A stretch of 40,337 nt of DNA from Nitrospirota bacterium (lineage in GTDB: Bacteria; Nitrospirota; Thermodesulfovibrionia; Thermodesulfovibrionales; UBA1546). Numbering within the stretch: the stretch's first letter is position 1; each line of letters starts with the position of its first letter. Both the position numbers and the translations under genes were made by a program. The DNA lies in contig JACQXD010000159.1 of assembly GCA_016208875.1 (NCBI GenBank), positions 1 through 40,337 of the forward strand, in the 5' to 3' direction. This document shows positions 1-9,702 of the stretch, piece after piece. The notes beneath the pieces are model-generated. The model searched no databases and was not told the DNA's origin. It saw only the letters and a list, made by a program, of their open reading frames with translations.

Positions 1-76
1 AAATTGCAGCAGCACCATCTTGTGTTAAGCCAAATTCAGTTCTTTTTTGTTTTAAGTATCTACCATCAATGCCCAT
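1..76 (-). CDS. 5' part of an XRE/Cro-like helix-turn-helix protein (runs off the window); candidate first gene cassette
   Basis: Manual translation from ATG at 76: MGIDGRYLKQKRTEFGLTQDGAAAI..., matching the LKxxRxxxGLTQ start of XRE HTH domains; GGAGG Shine-Dalgarno just upstream. Not in the ORF track. Confidence 0.65.
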   Translation of the reverse strand, partial: MGIDGRYLKQKRTEFGLTQDGAAAI

Positions 77-153
77 ATTCTTACCTCCAAAAAATAAAAA
101 TGGGGCGGTTCACTTTTCTATTGTTTAATCTTTTCCGTCTCTTGCCTGCAATG

Positions 154-232
154 AACGGCTAACTTGTTTATAATTGCACTCAGGTGCAACTTTTGTCCCG
201 AATCCGGGGGGATAGTTGCACCGAGGTACGTT
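154..232 (-). promoter_or_regulatory. attI-like recombination site with two imperfect palindromic repeats
   Basis: Minus strand reads ...TATAAACAA-GTTAGCC-GTT (GTTRRRY core at 163..157). Related motifs TAATTGCACTCAGGTGCAAC (171-190) and TAGTTGCACCGAGGTACGTT (213-232) lie 42 bp apart, directly 3' of the integrase. Confidence 0.5.
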
Positions 233-275
233 TATTCCTTTTCTGGCTGAATCGCAACCTCAGCCTAATTGTACA

Positions 276-1223
276 CTATTCTTCTACATCACCTCCTTCA
301 ATATCCAGATTGTCCAACGGGCTTTTTATTCTGCCCAGACTTCTTGTGCTTACATGAGTATATATTTCCGTAGTCTTGCTGCTCGCATGCCCTAATAATT
401 CCTGAATATAACGTAGATCGGTGCCACCTTCAAGGAGATGCGTAGCGAAGCTGTGACGAAGGTTGTGAACGGAAACATCCTTTATTACACCTGCCCTATC
501 GCGTGCTTGTTCGAACACCTTCTCGATTGATCTTCTGGAAAGGTATCTGCCAGCTTTTGCTCCTTCAAAGAGCCATTTCTTTGGCTCATACTTCTGGATA
601 TACCTGTCAATCAGTTCCAGTGCCTTTTCGGAAAGCAGGGTATACCTATCTTTACGCCCCTTTGCTCCCTTAACGAAAATAAGCATCCTATCCCGATCGA
701 GGTGCGCCAACTCCAGCCGTGCAGCCTCGCCGAGCCTAAGACCGCCTGAATATATGATCATAAGAAGCGATTTGTGTTTTATGTTATCAGTTAGTTTGAT
801 GATTCTGGACACTTCTTCCCTGCTGAGCACATCCGGCAACAGTTTGTCTTTCCTTGGTCTTTTGACCTCGTACATAAATTTCTTCTTGAGCATCGAGCCG
901 TAATAGAATTTCAAGGCGTTTATAGCCTGATTGAGGGTTGATGTTGCAGACTCTTTTTCTTCGGAAAGATAAACAAGATAATCTTTGATGTCGTTGTCGG
1001 TTATGTCTGATGGACTTTTGCCGATGAAATTCAGAAAATCTCTGTTGTAATAAACATAGCCTTTGACGGTTTTGTAGCTATATTTTCTTGAGAGGAGTTC
1101 ACGGCGGAGGTCTTCGAAATCGTGATGCGTAATGCGTGATACGTGATGGGTTTGAGATTGCTTTGTCGCTTCGCTCCTCGCAATGACAGGAGTGGAAAGT
1201 TTAGCTTGAAGCTCAGGAGCCAA
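276..1223 (-). CDS. Tyrosine recombinase (integron-like/XerD family) with N-terminal SAM-like domain; true start uncertain, possibly 5'-truncated
   Basis: Catalytic motifs YSGGLRLGE, KGRKDR, HNLRHSFATHLLE, IQELLGH, TTEIYTH; N-domain STLNQAINALKFYY; no IntI-specific insertion after KDR. Confidence 0.9.
   Translation of the reverse strand: MAPELQAKLSTPVIARSEATKQSQTHHVSRITHHDFEDLRRELLSRKYSYKTVKGYVYYNRDFLNFIGKSPSDITDNDIKDYLVYLSEEKESATSTLNQAINALKFYYGSMLKKKFMYEVKRPRKDKLLPDVLSREEVSRIIKLTDNIKHKSLLMIIYSGGLRLGEAARLELAHLDRDRMLIFVKGAKGRKDRYTLLSEKALELIDRYIQKYEPKKWLFEGAKAGRYLSRRSIEKVFEQARDRAGVIKDVSVHNLRHSFATHLLEGGTDLRYIQELLGHASSKTTEIYTHVSTRSLGRIKSPLDNLDIEGGDVEE
1121..1187. repeat. Four CGTGATG-type heptamers plus a GTCATTGCGAGGAGCGAAGCGAC...GCAATCTC palindromic element, in frame in the integrase 5' region
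   Basis: cgtgatg-cgtaatg-cgtgata-cgtgatg at 1121-1148 and gagattgc...gcaatgac at 1154-1187; together they encode VIARSEATKQS...HHVSRITHH. Confidence 0.75.
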
Positions 1224-1491
1224 AAGGATTTCTTCATCTTTAAAGACATCTAAAATCTTTTCCTGTGCTGTCTTTTTCCAACACTATCGAATTAGTGTCC
1301 GGTTTGCTGACTGTTACTACCCCAAACTCCTCTTTACCCCTTCTCCCCATAAGGGAATATAAGTTGACCCCATTGGAAATATCTTTTCTAACGGGATTAA
1401 GACATCGTGCCAGTTAATTATTGATTAAAAAACCATTTATTGTCAACAGAAAAAAGAATCAAAATTAAGGAAGGAGTAGGGGTATAAGCGG

Positions 1492-2475
1492 CTACATGTC
1501 CATTATTTTTTTCCTGAGTATTAATATCTCAAATGCTATCGATGCTGCGGCAACAAGCGTATTCAGATAATTGAGATTTGCATCGAGTACCGAACTGTTC
1601 CCATTATCGGCATACATGATAGATATCGCCCTATCCCTTATATTTATCGGTATCGTCAGACTGTCCTGCGGGGTACCGGATAGGATTCTTATAAATTCTT
1701 CATTGCCCGGTATATTTAGAACCGGTCCCCTGTAATACGCCTTCCTGGTAAGCACTTCATTAAAAATCGATGGGACTGTCGCAGCAATATTTACCCCTTC
1801 GATATTTATGCCCTTCGATTTCCAGCCGGAGACGCTATTGCCTTTTACTACGAATATTGCAACCCTCTTTGCAGCCTTCTGTGCCTCGTTTATGATCAAT
1901 TCCGCAATCTCTTCTTTGTCCTTTATATTTGCAAACGCCTCTTTTACCTTTTTAAGTGCCTCCATATCGGCAGCTATAGCAGGCAGAGCCTGTTTTTCCT
2001 CTTTCTCCTCTTCCTCGATGCGGTCGAAGATACTTATGTACCTGAGGTCTCTTTTGATCCCGTAGTATTTCTCGAGGGCATAAAGGACCCTTAGTTCCGA
2101 TGCAGCATAGGGAATGATATCGTATCCGCTCGAAAATCTGAATTCATCCACCTGATGTACTGCCTTGGGATCGAGCATTGCCACATGCAGCCTATTTTTC
2201 TCTTTTTTGAAAGGGATGGCCTTATATTTCTCGGCCATCTCCTTGCTTAAACATGCAATGACTTCCTCGTCTATATTGACCAACAGCGATGCCTCGACCA
2301 CCGGGATCTTAAGATAACGGCTCAAAAATTTTGTGAATTCTTCTTCCTTAAGGATTCCGAGTTCGACTATATTCGTTCCTATTCGGCCCCCGAATATGAC
2401 CTGTCTTTCAAGGGCAAGCTTTAGGTGTTCCTTTGTAATAAGACCCTCTTTAACCAATACCTCGCCGAGTTTCAT
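1492..2475 (-). CDS. MshEN/GspE-N domain protein with C-terminal GAF-like domain, no ATPase domain
   Basis: KLGEVLVKEGLITKEHLKLALERQ...RIGTNIVELG tandem MshEN motif; C-terminal TIPINIRDRAISIMYADN is GAF-like; no Walker A. Confidence 0.75.
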   Translation of the reverse strand: MKLGEVLVKEGLITKEHLKLALERQVIFGGRIGTNIVELGILKEEEFTKFLSRYLKIPVVEASLLVNIDEEVIACLSKEMAEKYKAIPFKKEKNRLHVAMLDPKAVHQVDEFRFSSGYDIIPYAASELRVLYALEKYYGIKRDLRYISIFDRIEEEEKEEKQALPAIAADMEALKKVKEAFANIKDKEEIAELIINEAQKAAKRVAIFVVKGNSVSGWKSKGINIEGVNIAATVPSIFNEVLTRKAYYRGPVLNIPGNEEFIRILSGTPQDSLTIPINIRDRAISIMYADNGNSSVLDANLNYLNTLVAAASIAFEILILRKKIMDM

Positions 2476-2478
2476 AGA

Positions 2479-3846
2479 TTATTTTATACCATATTTCGAT
2501 AATCTGTGTCTGAATGAGCGAAAGGAAAGGTTCAATAATTTTGCCGCCTCGGTTTTATTTCCATTTGCCGCTTGAAGTGCATCAAGGAGATAAGTTTTCT
2601 CGATATTCTCGACTATATTGTCCAGATATATGCCGTCTTTTGTCAGGGCAGGTATATGATCGGTATCCTTTGAAAACATCAACATCTCTTGAGGTACATC
2701 TCCAATGGTTATCTCGTCCTTATCCGTTAATAACAGTATTCGCTCTATGACATTTTCAAGCTCTCTGACATTGCCTCTCCACGGGTATTCCATAAAAAAC
2801 TCGATTACTTCGGAAGACATCTGCCTTTTAGCAGACGAGAATTTTGTCAGGAAATGCTCTACGAATAACGGTATATCCTCCTTTCTTTCCCGCAGGGGGG
2901 GGATGTGCAGAGGAACCACGTTCAGTCTGTAATATAAATCTTCCCTGAAATTGCCCGATCCGATTTCTTCCTTAATGTCTTTATTTGTAGCGGATATTAT
3001 TCTCACATCAACCTTGATATCCGATATCCCGCCGACCCTCCTGAACGTACTGTTTTCAAGCACTCTCAGCAGTTTAGCCTGGAGGTTAACGGACATCTCG
3101 CATATTTCGTCTAAAAAAATGCTTCCGCTGTCTGCTACTTCAAAGAGTCCCTGTTTGTTGTAGGCAGCACCTGTGAATGAACCTTTCATATGTCCGAAAA
3201 GTTCGCTTTCCAGAAGGCCCTCGGGAAATGCCGCACAGTTTATTGCAACAAGATTTTTTCCCTTCCTCTGACTGAGATTATGGATTGCGGTTGCAACCAG
3301 TTCCTTTCCAGTACCGCTTTCACCTGTTATAAGGACATTGGAATTGCTTTGGGCTATTTTAGGTACGATATTCAGGAGTTCCTGCATCTTGGGACTTTTC
3401 CAGAAAATATTACCGAGTTCGTAGGCTGTTTTAATCTTTTCACGGAGTATCGAAACCTCTTCTTTAAGCCGTCGTTTTTCAATGGCCTTTTTAACTATCA
3501 CACGTATCTCATCGATCTTAAACGGTTTGTGAATGTAATCATAAGCACCGAGCTGCATTGCCTCTATCGCGGATTCCGTCGTACCGAATGCCGTTATCAT
3601 GATCGTAATAGTGTCGGGAGATATCTCCTTGATCTTCTTGAGTATGTCGAAACCATCTATCTTGGGCATTTTGATGTCTGTAATTACCATATCGAAGATA
3701 TCCCTGCTAAGCAGTCCCATGCCGTCGGTGCTGTCGGCAGCAGCCGTAACATCGTATCCCTCCCCTTCGAGAAGAATCCTCAGGACTTCTCGCATGCTCT
3801 TCTCATCTTCAACAATAAGAATTTTCCCTTTATTTAGATTTTCCAT
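2479..3846 (-). CDS. pilR: Sigma-54-dependent response regulator PilR
   Basis: Receiver domain, GESGTGKE Walker A, ESELFGH-GSFTGA, WRGNVREL, C-terminal Fis HTH; lies in a pil cluster next to a sensor kinase. Confidence 0.85.
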   Translation of the reverse strand: MENLNKGKILIVEDEKSMREVLRILLEGEGYDVTAAADSTDGMGLLSRDIFDMVITDIKMPKIDGFDILKKIKEISPDTITIMITAFGTTESAIEAMQLGAYDYIHKPFKIDEIRVIVKKAIEKRRLKEEVSILREKIKTAYELGNIFWKSPKMQELLNIVPKIAQSNSNVLITGESGTGKELVATAIHNLSQRKGKNLVAINCAAFPEGLLESELFGHMKGSFTGAAYNKQGLFEVADSGSIFLDEICEMSVNLQAKLLRVLENSTFRRVGGISDIKVDVRIISATNKDIKEEIGSGNFREDLYYRLNVVPLHIPPLRERKEDIPLFVEHFLTKFSSAKRQMSSEVIEFFMEYPWRGNVRELENVIERILLLTDKDEITIGDVPQEMLMFSKDTDHIPALTKDGIYLDNIVENIEKTYLLDALQAANGNKTEAAKLLNLSFRSFRHRLSKYGIK

Positions 3847-5425
3847 TGTCCTGAGGTATTAAAACCTTAACAGTAGTGCTCTCACCCTGCTTGCTGATAA
3901 CGCTTATCTTTCCTTTATGTTCTTCGATAATCTTGTATGCCAGAGCCAGACCAAGCCCCGTACCCTCAATCTTTGTAGTAAAAAATGGATAAAATATCTT
4001 GCCCATATCCTCCTTTGCAATGCCTACGCCGGTATCCTGGAAAACTACCTCGATAAAATTATTTTCCCTCCTTGTACTTACCTTCAGCTCTCCTCCCGAG
4101 GACATTGCCTCTATAGCATTCATCCCGAGATTCCAGAAGACCTGCTGTAATTTCTGAGGATCTGCAGTTACCTTAAGATTGCCGTAAAAATCTTTTCTTA
4201 TACTAATGTTTTCTCTTTGAGCGGTTGTATTTTTGAGTAGTTCGAGCGTATCGTCGAGCAGAAGATCGAGATCAAACATAGTGAACTCGGCAGCAGTTGG
4301 ACGTGAATACGTCAGAAAATCCGTAATAATCTTATTCAGCCTCTCCATCTCCTTTAAGGCTATCTCCATCAATTTTTCTTTATATTCTTCAGCGACCCTA
4401 TTTTCCAGCAGCATCTCTACCGATCCCTTCAATGATGCAAGCGGATTCCTGATCTCATGGGCTATGCTTGCCGAAAGTTCGCCGATAGCCGCCAGTTTTT
4501 CTTTATTCTTTATCTCTGCCTCCATTTTTTTAAACTGAGTAAGATCCTGAAATATACCGATAAATCCTATCCTCTCTCCTCTGATATCCTTAAGCGATGA
4601 TATGGACAGACTGATAATCCTGTCTCCTTTATTATGCCTTATTACACCCTCTGCCCGCTCTATATCCGTAATGTGCTCTATAAAAGGGAATACGGTATCT
4701 ATCTTTTTGCCCTGTGCAATCTTTCTCTCAATATCTGTTATATCCTCGGCAGCCTTGTTAAATACCAATATATAGCCATCGGTATCTGTAGTAAATATGC
4801 CGCTTGGAATATTTTCGATCAGCTCCTCGCTGAAGAGTGTCAGTTCTTTAAGATCAGAGTCCGTTTGTTCGAGGACCTCGGTAGTCTTTTCAAGTCTCGA
4901 TGAAAGATAACCGCTCAGAAAGGCTACAAGATAAAAGGCGGATATATGTACGAAAATGTTATAAAGAAAATCTCTTTCTATAAGTGTTGTATCGAACTCT
5001 ACGGGCAAAAGTTTGTAGTACTGAAGGTCAATGATGGCCCCATATAGGATGCTATTGAAAGTTGCGATTATATAACCCGCCCTTTTATTCAGGACCGTGC
5101 TTGCCGACATCACGGTCAGGAGCATAATGAATGAGAACCAACTCTCTATTCCGCCTGTGAGATATATAAGTATATTTGTGGCTAAGGCATCTACGAAAAG
5201 TTGAATGTAGGCAAAGATAACATATATTTTTATCCTGTTTAATAAAACAGAATAAATTATGGTTAGGACATAAAGTGCCACTATCAGATTTGATATAGCG
5301 CGCGGATGAGGAAAGTTGCTGTATCTAACCTGGAGCAGGAAAAATGAACCCAGCAGGAGTGAGATAAAGATAACCCTTATCGAGGTAAGGGCCTTTAATT
5401 TTTTAATCAGAACAGTATCGATCAT
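3830..5425 (-). CDS. pilS: Sensor histidine kinase PilS (multi-TM, PAS, HisKA, HATPase)
   Basis: About six TM segments, AHEIRNPL H-box, GTGLGL G-box; pilC-pilS-pilR order. Confidence 0.85.
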   Translation of the reverse strand: MIDTVLIKKLKALTSIRVIFISLLLGSFFLLQVRYSNFPHPRAISNLIVALYVLTIIYSVLLNRIKIYVIFAYIQLFVDALATNILIYLTGGIESWFSFIMLLTVMSASTVLNKRAGYIIATFNSILYGAIIDLQYYKLLPVEFDTTLIERDFLYNIFVHISAFYLVAFLSGYLSSRLEKTTEVLEQTDSDLKELTLFSEELIENIPSGIFTTDTDGYILVFNKAAEDITDIERKIAQGKKIDTVFPFIEHITDIERAEGVIRHNKGDRIISLSISSLKDIRGERIGFIGIFQDLTQFKKMEAEIKNKEKLAAIGELSASIAHEIRNPLASLKGSVEMLLENRVAEEYKEKLMEIALKEMERLNKIITDFLTYSRPTAAEFTMFDLDLLLDDTLELLKNTTAQRENISIRKDFYGNLKVTADPQKLQQVFWNLGMNAIEAMSSGGELKVSTRRENNFIEVVFQDTGVGIAKEDMGKIFYPFFTTKIEGTGLGLALAYKIIEEHKGKISVISKQGESTTVKVLIPQDNGKSK

Positions 5426-5431
5426 TCGACA

Positions 5432-5473
5432 TTCAGCTATCAGCCTTCAGCTTATAGCTGATAGCTGACAGCT
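5432..5473. repeat. Inverted pair of 7-bp arrays (WTCAGCY / AGCTGAY)
   Basis: ttcagct-atcagcc-ttcagct, tat, agctgat-agctgac-agct between pilC and pilS. Confidence 0.75.
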
Positions 5474-5480
5474 TCCTTTT

Positions 5481-6692
5481 CTATTTTATCAGTGTGATGA
5501 GTTTGAATATCGGAAGATACATTGCTATTACAATAAAACCGACCGACCCGCCAAGAAATACCATCAGGAGCGGTTCCATCATAGCCGTAAGATTTCCAAC
5601 TGCCGCGTCGACCTCGTCGTCATAGAAATCGGCAATCTTTGAGAGCATCGAGTCGAGTGCGCCCGTTGATTCTCCGACCGATATCATATGCGTTACCATT
5701 GGAGGGAAAACCTTTGCCTTTGATAAAGGCTCGGCCAGGGTCTTTCCTCCCGTTACCGACTTTCTCACCTCCATAATCGCAAATTCTATTACCTTATTCC
5801 CTGATGTCTTTGCCGTTATCTCCAGTCCATCCAGTATCGGCACGCCGCTGCTGACAAGCGTCCCGAGTGTCCGTGTAAATTTAGCAACAGACATCTTATT
5901 GAGCAGCATCCCGAATATCGGCAGCCTTAAGAGTATTTTATCCGTTATATGCATACCTTTTTCGGTTTGCCTGAATTGTTTTATACCGAAGATTGTACCG
6001 GCTATTGCACCAGCCGACATTATTCCACCTATGCCGGCGAGAAAATTACTCAAATCAATAATCATTTTGGTAGGGAGTGGAAGCGTTCCGCCGAGTGAGG
6101 CAAACATCTTCGAAAAAATAGGAACGACAAAGACCATTATAACGGTAATCGCTCCAATTGCTACGGTAGAAACAACTATCGGGTATGTCATGGCACCCTT
6201 AACTTTTTTCTTTAATTTCATCGATTTTTCTATGTACGCCGCGAGTCTATTAAGGATGGTATCGAGGATACCGCCTGCCTCGCCTGCTGCAACCATATTT
6301 GCATATAGCTCGGAGAATACCTTTGGATGTTTCTTGAGTGAGTCGGCATAGGTCGAACCTGCCTCAACATCCTCCTTGATTTGTGCCAGCACCTTGGCAA
6401 GGCCTTTATTTTCAACCTGTGTTGAAAGGATATCCAGTGCCTGCACAAGTGGAAGACCTGCATCGATCATAGTGGAAAACTGTCTTGTGAATATAACGAT
6501 ATCCTTGTCCTTAACTTTAGGTGCTCCGCCGAATAGTTTCCTTACCGCTTCCTTTTTCTCGGTAATCAACGTCGGCGTTATATTTCTCTTTTTAAGCTGT
6601 GCTATTACCTCGTCTTTTGTAGATGCGGTAATCTCTCCCGACTCTAACGCACCTCTCGTTGTTTTACCCGACCATTGAAAAACTGTTGCCAT
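5481..6692 (-). CDS. pilC: Type IV pilus platform protein PilC (GspF family)
   Basis: FTRQFSTMIDAGLPL, GEAGGILD, AMTYP and GESTGALD motifs. Confidence 0.95.
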   Translation of the reverse strand: MATVFQWSGKTTRGALESGEITASTKDEVIAQLKKRNITPTLITEKKEAVRKLFGGAPKVKDKDIVIFTRQFSTMIDAGLPLVQALDILSTQVENKGLAKVLAQIKEDVEAGSTYADSLKKHPKVFSELYANMVAAGEAGGILDTILNRLAAYIEKSMKLKKKVKGAMTYPIVVSTVAIGAITVIMVFVVPIFSKMFASLGGTLPLPTKMIIDLSNFLAGIGGIMSAGAIAGTIFGIKQFRQTEKGMHITDKILLRLPIFGMLLNKMSVAKFTRTLGTLVSSGVPILDGLEITAKTSGNKVIEFAIMEVRKSVTGGKTLAEPLSKAKVFPPMVTHMISVGESTGALDSMLSKIADFYDDEVDAAVGNLTAMMEPLLMVFLGGSVGFIVIAMYLPIFKLITLIK

Positions 6693-6694
6693 TT

Positions 6695-7786
6695 TTACCC
6701 CCTTCCTCTACCAGCCGATGCTGATATTCTTTGGAGCATTGTTATTAATTCTTCTGGCACGGAAGAACGACCTATCGCATCCTCGTAACTAATGAATCCT
6801 TTTGTATAAAGCTCGGTCAAAGACTGATTCATTGTTTGCATCCCGAATTTTGCCTGTCCTGTCTGCATCATGGAATATATCTGATGTATCTTGTCTTCCC
6901 TTATCAGGTTCCTTATAGCGGGATTGGGTACCAGCAATTCAACCCCGAGAACCCTTCCCTGCCCTGATTTTTTGGCAATGAGCTGCTGGGCAAGTACTCC
7001 CTCAAGGACAAAAGATAACTGTACCCTGATCTGCTCCTGTTGATATGGAGGGAATACATCTATTACACGATTTATAGTCTGAACAGCAGAATTTGTGTGT
7101 AATGTGGCAAGGGTTAAATGCCCCGTCTCCGAGACTGTAAGGGCTGCCTCTATTGTCTCGAGATCCCGCATCTCACCAATCAGGACCACATCGGGGTCCT
7201 GTCTGAGGACGTACCTTAAGGCGGTTTTAAACGATGCAGTATCGGCATTTACCTCTCTCTGATTAATCAATGACTTTTTATGTGTGTGAAGATACTCTAT
7301 CGGATCCTCTACCGTTATTATGTGGTCATGCCTCTCCATGTTTATCCTGTCGACCATGGCTGCGAGCGTTGTGGATTTACCGCTTCCGGTCGGCCCTGTG
7401 ACGAGGATTAAGCCCCTCGGTTTTTTTACCAGATCATTCATAATCTCGGGCAGCCCCAATTCCTGAAAGGTCTTGATCCCGAACGGTATGGTTCTGAATG
7501 CTGCTGCCACTGCTCCCCTCTGCATGAAGACATTGGCCCTGAACCTGCTTAACCCCTTAACACCAAATGATAGGTCGAGCTCATTGCTCTCTTCGAATTT
7601 ATGTTTCTGGGCGTCCGTCAGGATACTGTAGCAGAGGGCCTTAGTATCGGCAGGCATCAATTGCGGATGGTCAAGGGGAACAAGTCTGCCATCGATCCTG
7701 ATGCGCGGAGGACTCCCCGTGGTTATATGAAGATCGGTTGCCCCCTTTTCCGTCATTATCTTAAGCAAATCATACAGTGTCGCCAT
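6695..7786 (-). CDS. pilT: Type IV pilus retraction ATPase PilT
   Basis: GPTGSGKST, EDPIE, LRQDPDVVLIGEMRD and the AIRNLIRE signature. Confidence 0.95.
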   Translation of the reverse strand: MATLYDLLKIMTEKGATDLHITTGSPPRIRIDGRLVPLDHPQLMPADTKALCYSILTDAQKHKFEESNELDLSFGVKGLSRFRANVFMQRGAVAAAFRTIPFGIKTFQELGLPEIMNDLVKKPRGLILVTGPTGSGKSTTLAAMVDRINMERHDHIITVEDPIEYLHTHKKSLINQREVNADTASFKTALRYVLRQDPDVVLIGEMRDLETIEAALTVSETGHLTLATLHTNSAVQTINRVIDVFPPYQQEQIRVQLSFVLEGVLAQQLIAKKSGQGRVLGVELLVPNPAIRNLIREDKIHQIYSMMQTGQAKFGMQTMNQSLTELYTKGFISYEDAIGRSSVPEELITMLQRISASAGRGRG

Positions 7787-7799
7787 TCAGCCTCCCTGT

Positions 7800-7853
7800 T
7801 CGTAGCTCATGGCTCATAGTTTATATTTTGCTATAAGCTATAAGCTACGAGCT
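7800..7853. repeat. Inverted pair of 7-bp arrays (CATAGCT / GCTATAA type)
   Basis: cgtagct-catggct-catagtt ... gctataa-gctataa-gctacga-gct between pilB and pilT. Confidence 0.75.
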
Positions 7854-7856
7854 TAT

Positions 7857-9683
7857 TTAGTCTCCAACGGTAACTCTCAAAACCTCTTCTATTGTAGTAG
7901 TACCTTCTCTCACCTTTGTCAGACCGCTCATCCTCAACGATTTCATGCCGCCCCGTATAGCAGCCTTTTTTAGATCATCTGTAGATGCGCCTTCGAGCAC
8001 GAGCTTTCTGACCTCATCGTTAATAATCATAACCTCATAAAGGGCTATCCTCCCTTTATACCCGGAATTATTGCAGATCGAACACCCTTTCCCTTTGTAA
8101 CATTTAATAGTCTGTGCTTCTTCTTCCGGGAGACCCAAGTTTATAAGGGTCGGCACCGGGATCTTTTCGACTTCCTTCTCGCACTGCTGGCATATTTTTC
8201 TTGCGAGCCTTTGGGCCATTATCATTATAACAGATGATGACACTAAAAATGGTTCTATACCCATATTTAACAGTCTGCTTATACTGCTGGGGGCGTCGTT
8301 AGTATGCAAAGTGCTGAGGACAAGATGGCCAGTTAAGGCCGCCTTTACCGCGATCTCTGCCGTCTCAAAGTCGCGTATCTCGCCGACAAGGATAATATCG
8401 GGGCTCTGTCGCAAAAATGCCCTCAGCGCAGATGCAAATGTCAGTCCTATCTCCTCTTTCATCTGTACCTGATTTATACCAAGGAAGTTATATTCGATGG
8501 GGTCTTCGGCAGTCATTATATTTATATTGGGCTTGTTGAGATAATTCAATGCAGAGTAAAGGGTCGTTGTCTTCCCGCTTCCGGTAGGTCCTGTTACGAG
8601 TATCATTCCATAGGGTTTATTCAGAGCCTCCATAAATTTCTGGAGCGCCCCTTCTTCAAACCCGAGTTTTGTAAGGTCTACCTGCAATGAAGCTTTATCG
8701 AGAATCCTGAGAACAGTCTTTTCACCGAAAAGCGTGGGTAGAACAGACACACGGAAATCCACCTCTTTTTTCTTGCCGAGTCTCAGCTTTATCCTTCCGT
8801 CCTGCGGGAGCCTTCTCTCTGCGATGTCGAGTTTTGACATAATCTTAAGCCTTGAGGTTATGGAACCTTTGACTTTTAACGGCAGATTCATGGCCAGGGC
8901 AAGGACACCGTCAACCCTGTATCTGACCCTGAGGGATGTCTCATAAGGTTCTATGTGAATATCGCTTGCACCGAGCTTTATTGCGTTTATAAGGATGCCG
9001 CTTACAAGCTTAACAATCGGTTCCTCGACCTCGGTTTTTCCGGTCAGTACATCTTCTTCGGTTATATGTTCGATATCATCGAGTGCGTCTCCGACGACCT
9101 TATCAAATTCATCAACATCAACCGTAGGTCCCTCTTCAAATGACACATCCTCTTCCCCTGCAAGCTCGGTATCCGAAAGGGTATAGTCCTTTGCCTCCAG
9201 TTTGATTCCCTTTGCCGCTGCCTGCGACTGCAGCCTTGCCGCTATAAGTCCCTCGCCCTTACCGCCATAATATGTAGTTATCGTATCTATAAGTGCAGAT
9301 TCTGTTGCGATTACAACCTCAACATTGTATCCTGTCATAAACTTAACATCGTCTATCGCAAAAACGTTGGATGGATCTGCCATAGCAATTGTCAGTGTAG
9401 CTCCCACCCTTGCTACGGGCATTATCATGTATTTCTTTGCCATGTCTGCAGGGATAAGCTTTAATACGGATGGGTCAATCTTATAATCGGAAAGATTCAT
9501 TGCCGATACGCCATATTGCTTACTGAGAAAGGCAGCAAGTTTATCCTCGGTAATATGACCTAATTTAACAAGGTTGGTACCGAGTCTACCGCCGCCCTTT
9601 TTCTGAAGTGCAAGGGCCTCTTTCAATTGTGCCTCGGTAATAACCCCCGAGGCTGTGAGTATCTCGCCTAATTTTACCGCCAC
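7857..9683 (-). CDS. pilB: Type IV pilus assembly ATPase PilB (copy next to pilT)
   Basis: MshEN N-terminus, ERRLPQDG, GPTGSGKTT, GEIRD, CxxC/CxxC zinc motif; GTG start. Confidence 0.95.
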   Translation of the reverse strand: MAVKLGEILTASGVITEAQLKEALALQKKGGGRLGTNLVKLGHITEDKLAAFLSKQYGVSAMNLSDYKIDPSVLKLIPADMAKKYMIMPVARVGATLTIAMADPSNVFAIDDVKFMTGYNVEVVIATESALIDTITTYYGGKGEGLIAARLQSQAAAKGIKLEAKDYTLSDTELAGEEDVSFEEGPTVDVDEFDKVVGDALDDIEHITEEDVLTGKTEVEEPIVKLVSGILINAIKLGASDIHIEPYETSLRVRYRVDGVLALAMNLPLKVKGSITSRLKIMSKLDIAERRLPQDGRIKLRLGKKKEVDFRVSVLPTLFGEKTVLRILDKASLQVDLTKLGFEEGALQKFMEALNKPYGMILVTGPTGSGKTTTLYSALNYLNKPNINIMTAEDPIEYNFLGINQVQMKEEIGLTFASALRAFLRQSPDIILVGEIRDFETAEIAVKAALTGHLVLSTLHTNDAPSSISRLLNMGIEPFLVSSSVIMIMAQRLARKICQQCEKEVEKIPVPTLINLGLPEEEAQTIKCYKGKGCSICNNSGYKGRIALYEVMIINDEVRKLVLEGASTDDLKKAAIRGGMKSLRMSGLTKVREGTTTIEEVLRVTVGD

Positions 9684-9702
9684 TGCTTGCTCCGCGAAAA
9701 TT

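Noticed and set aside
1399-1413. Possible sigma-54 promoter (TGGCACG on the minus strand)
   Set aside because: The -12 TTGC element is missing at the required spacing.
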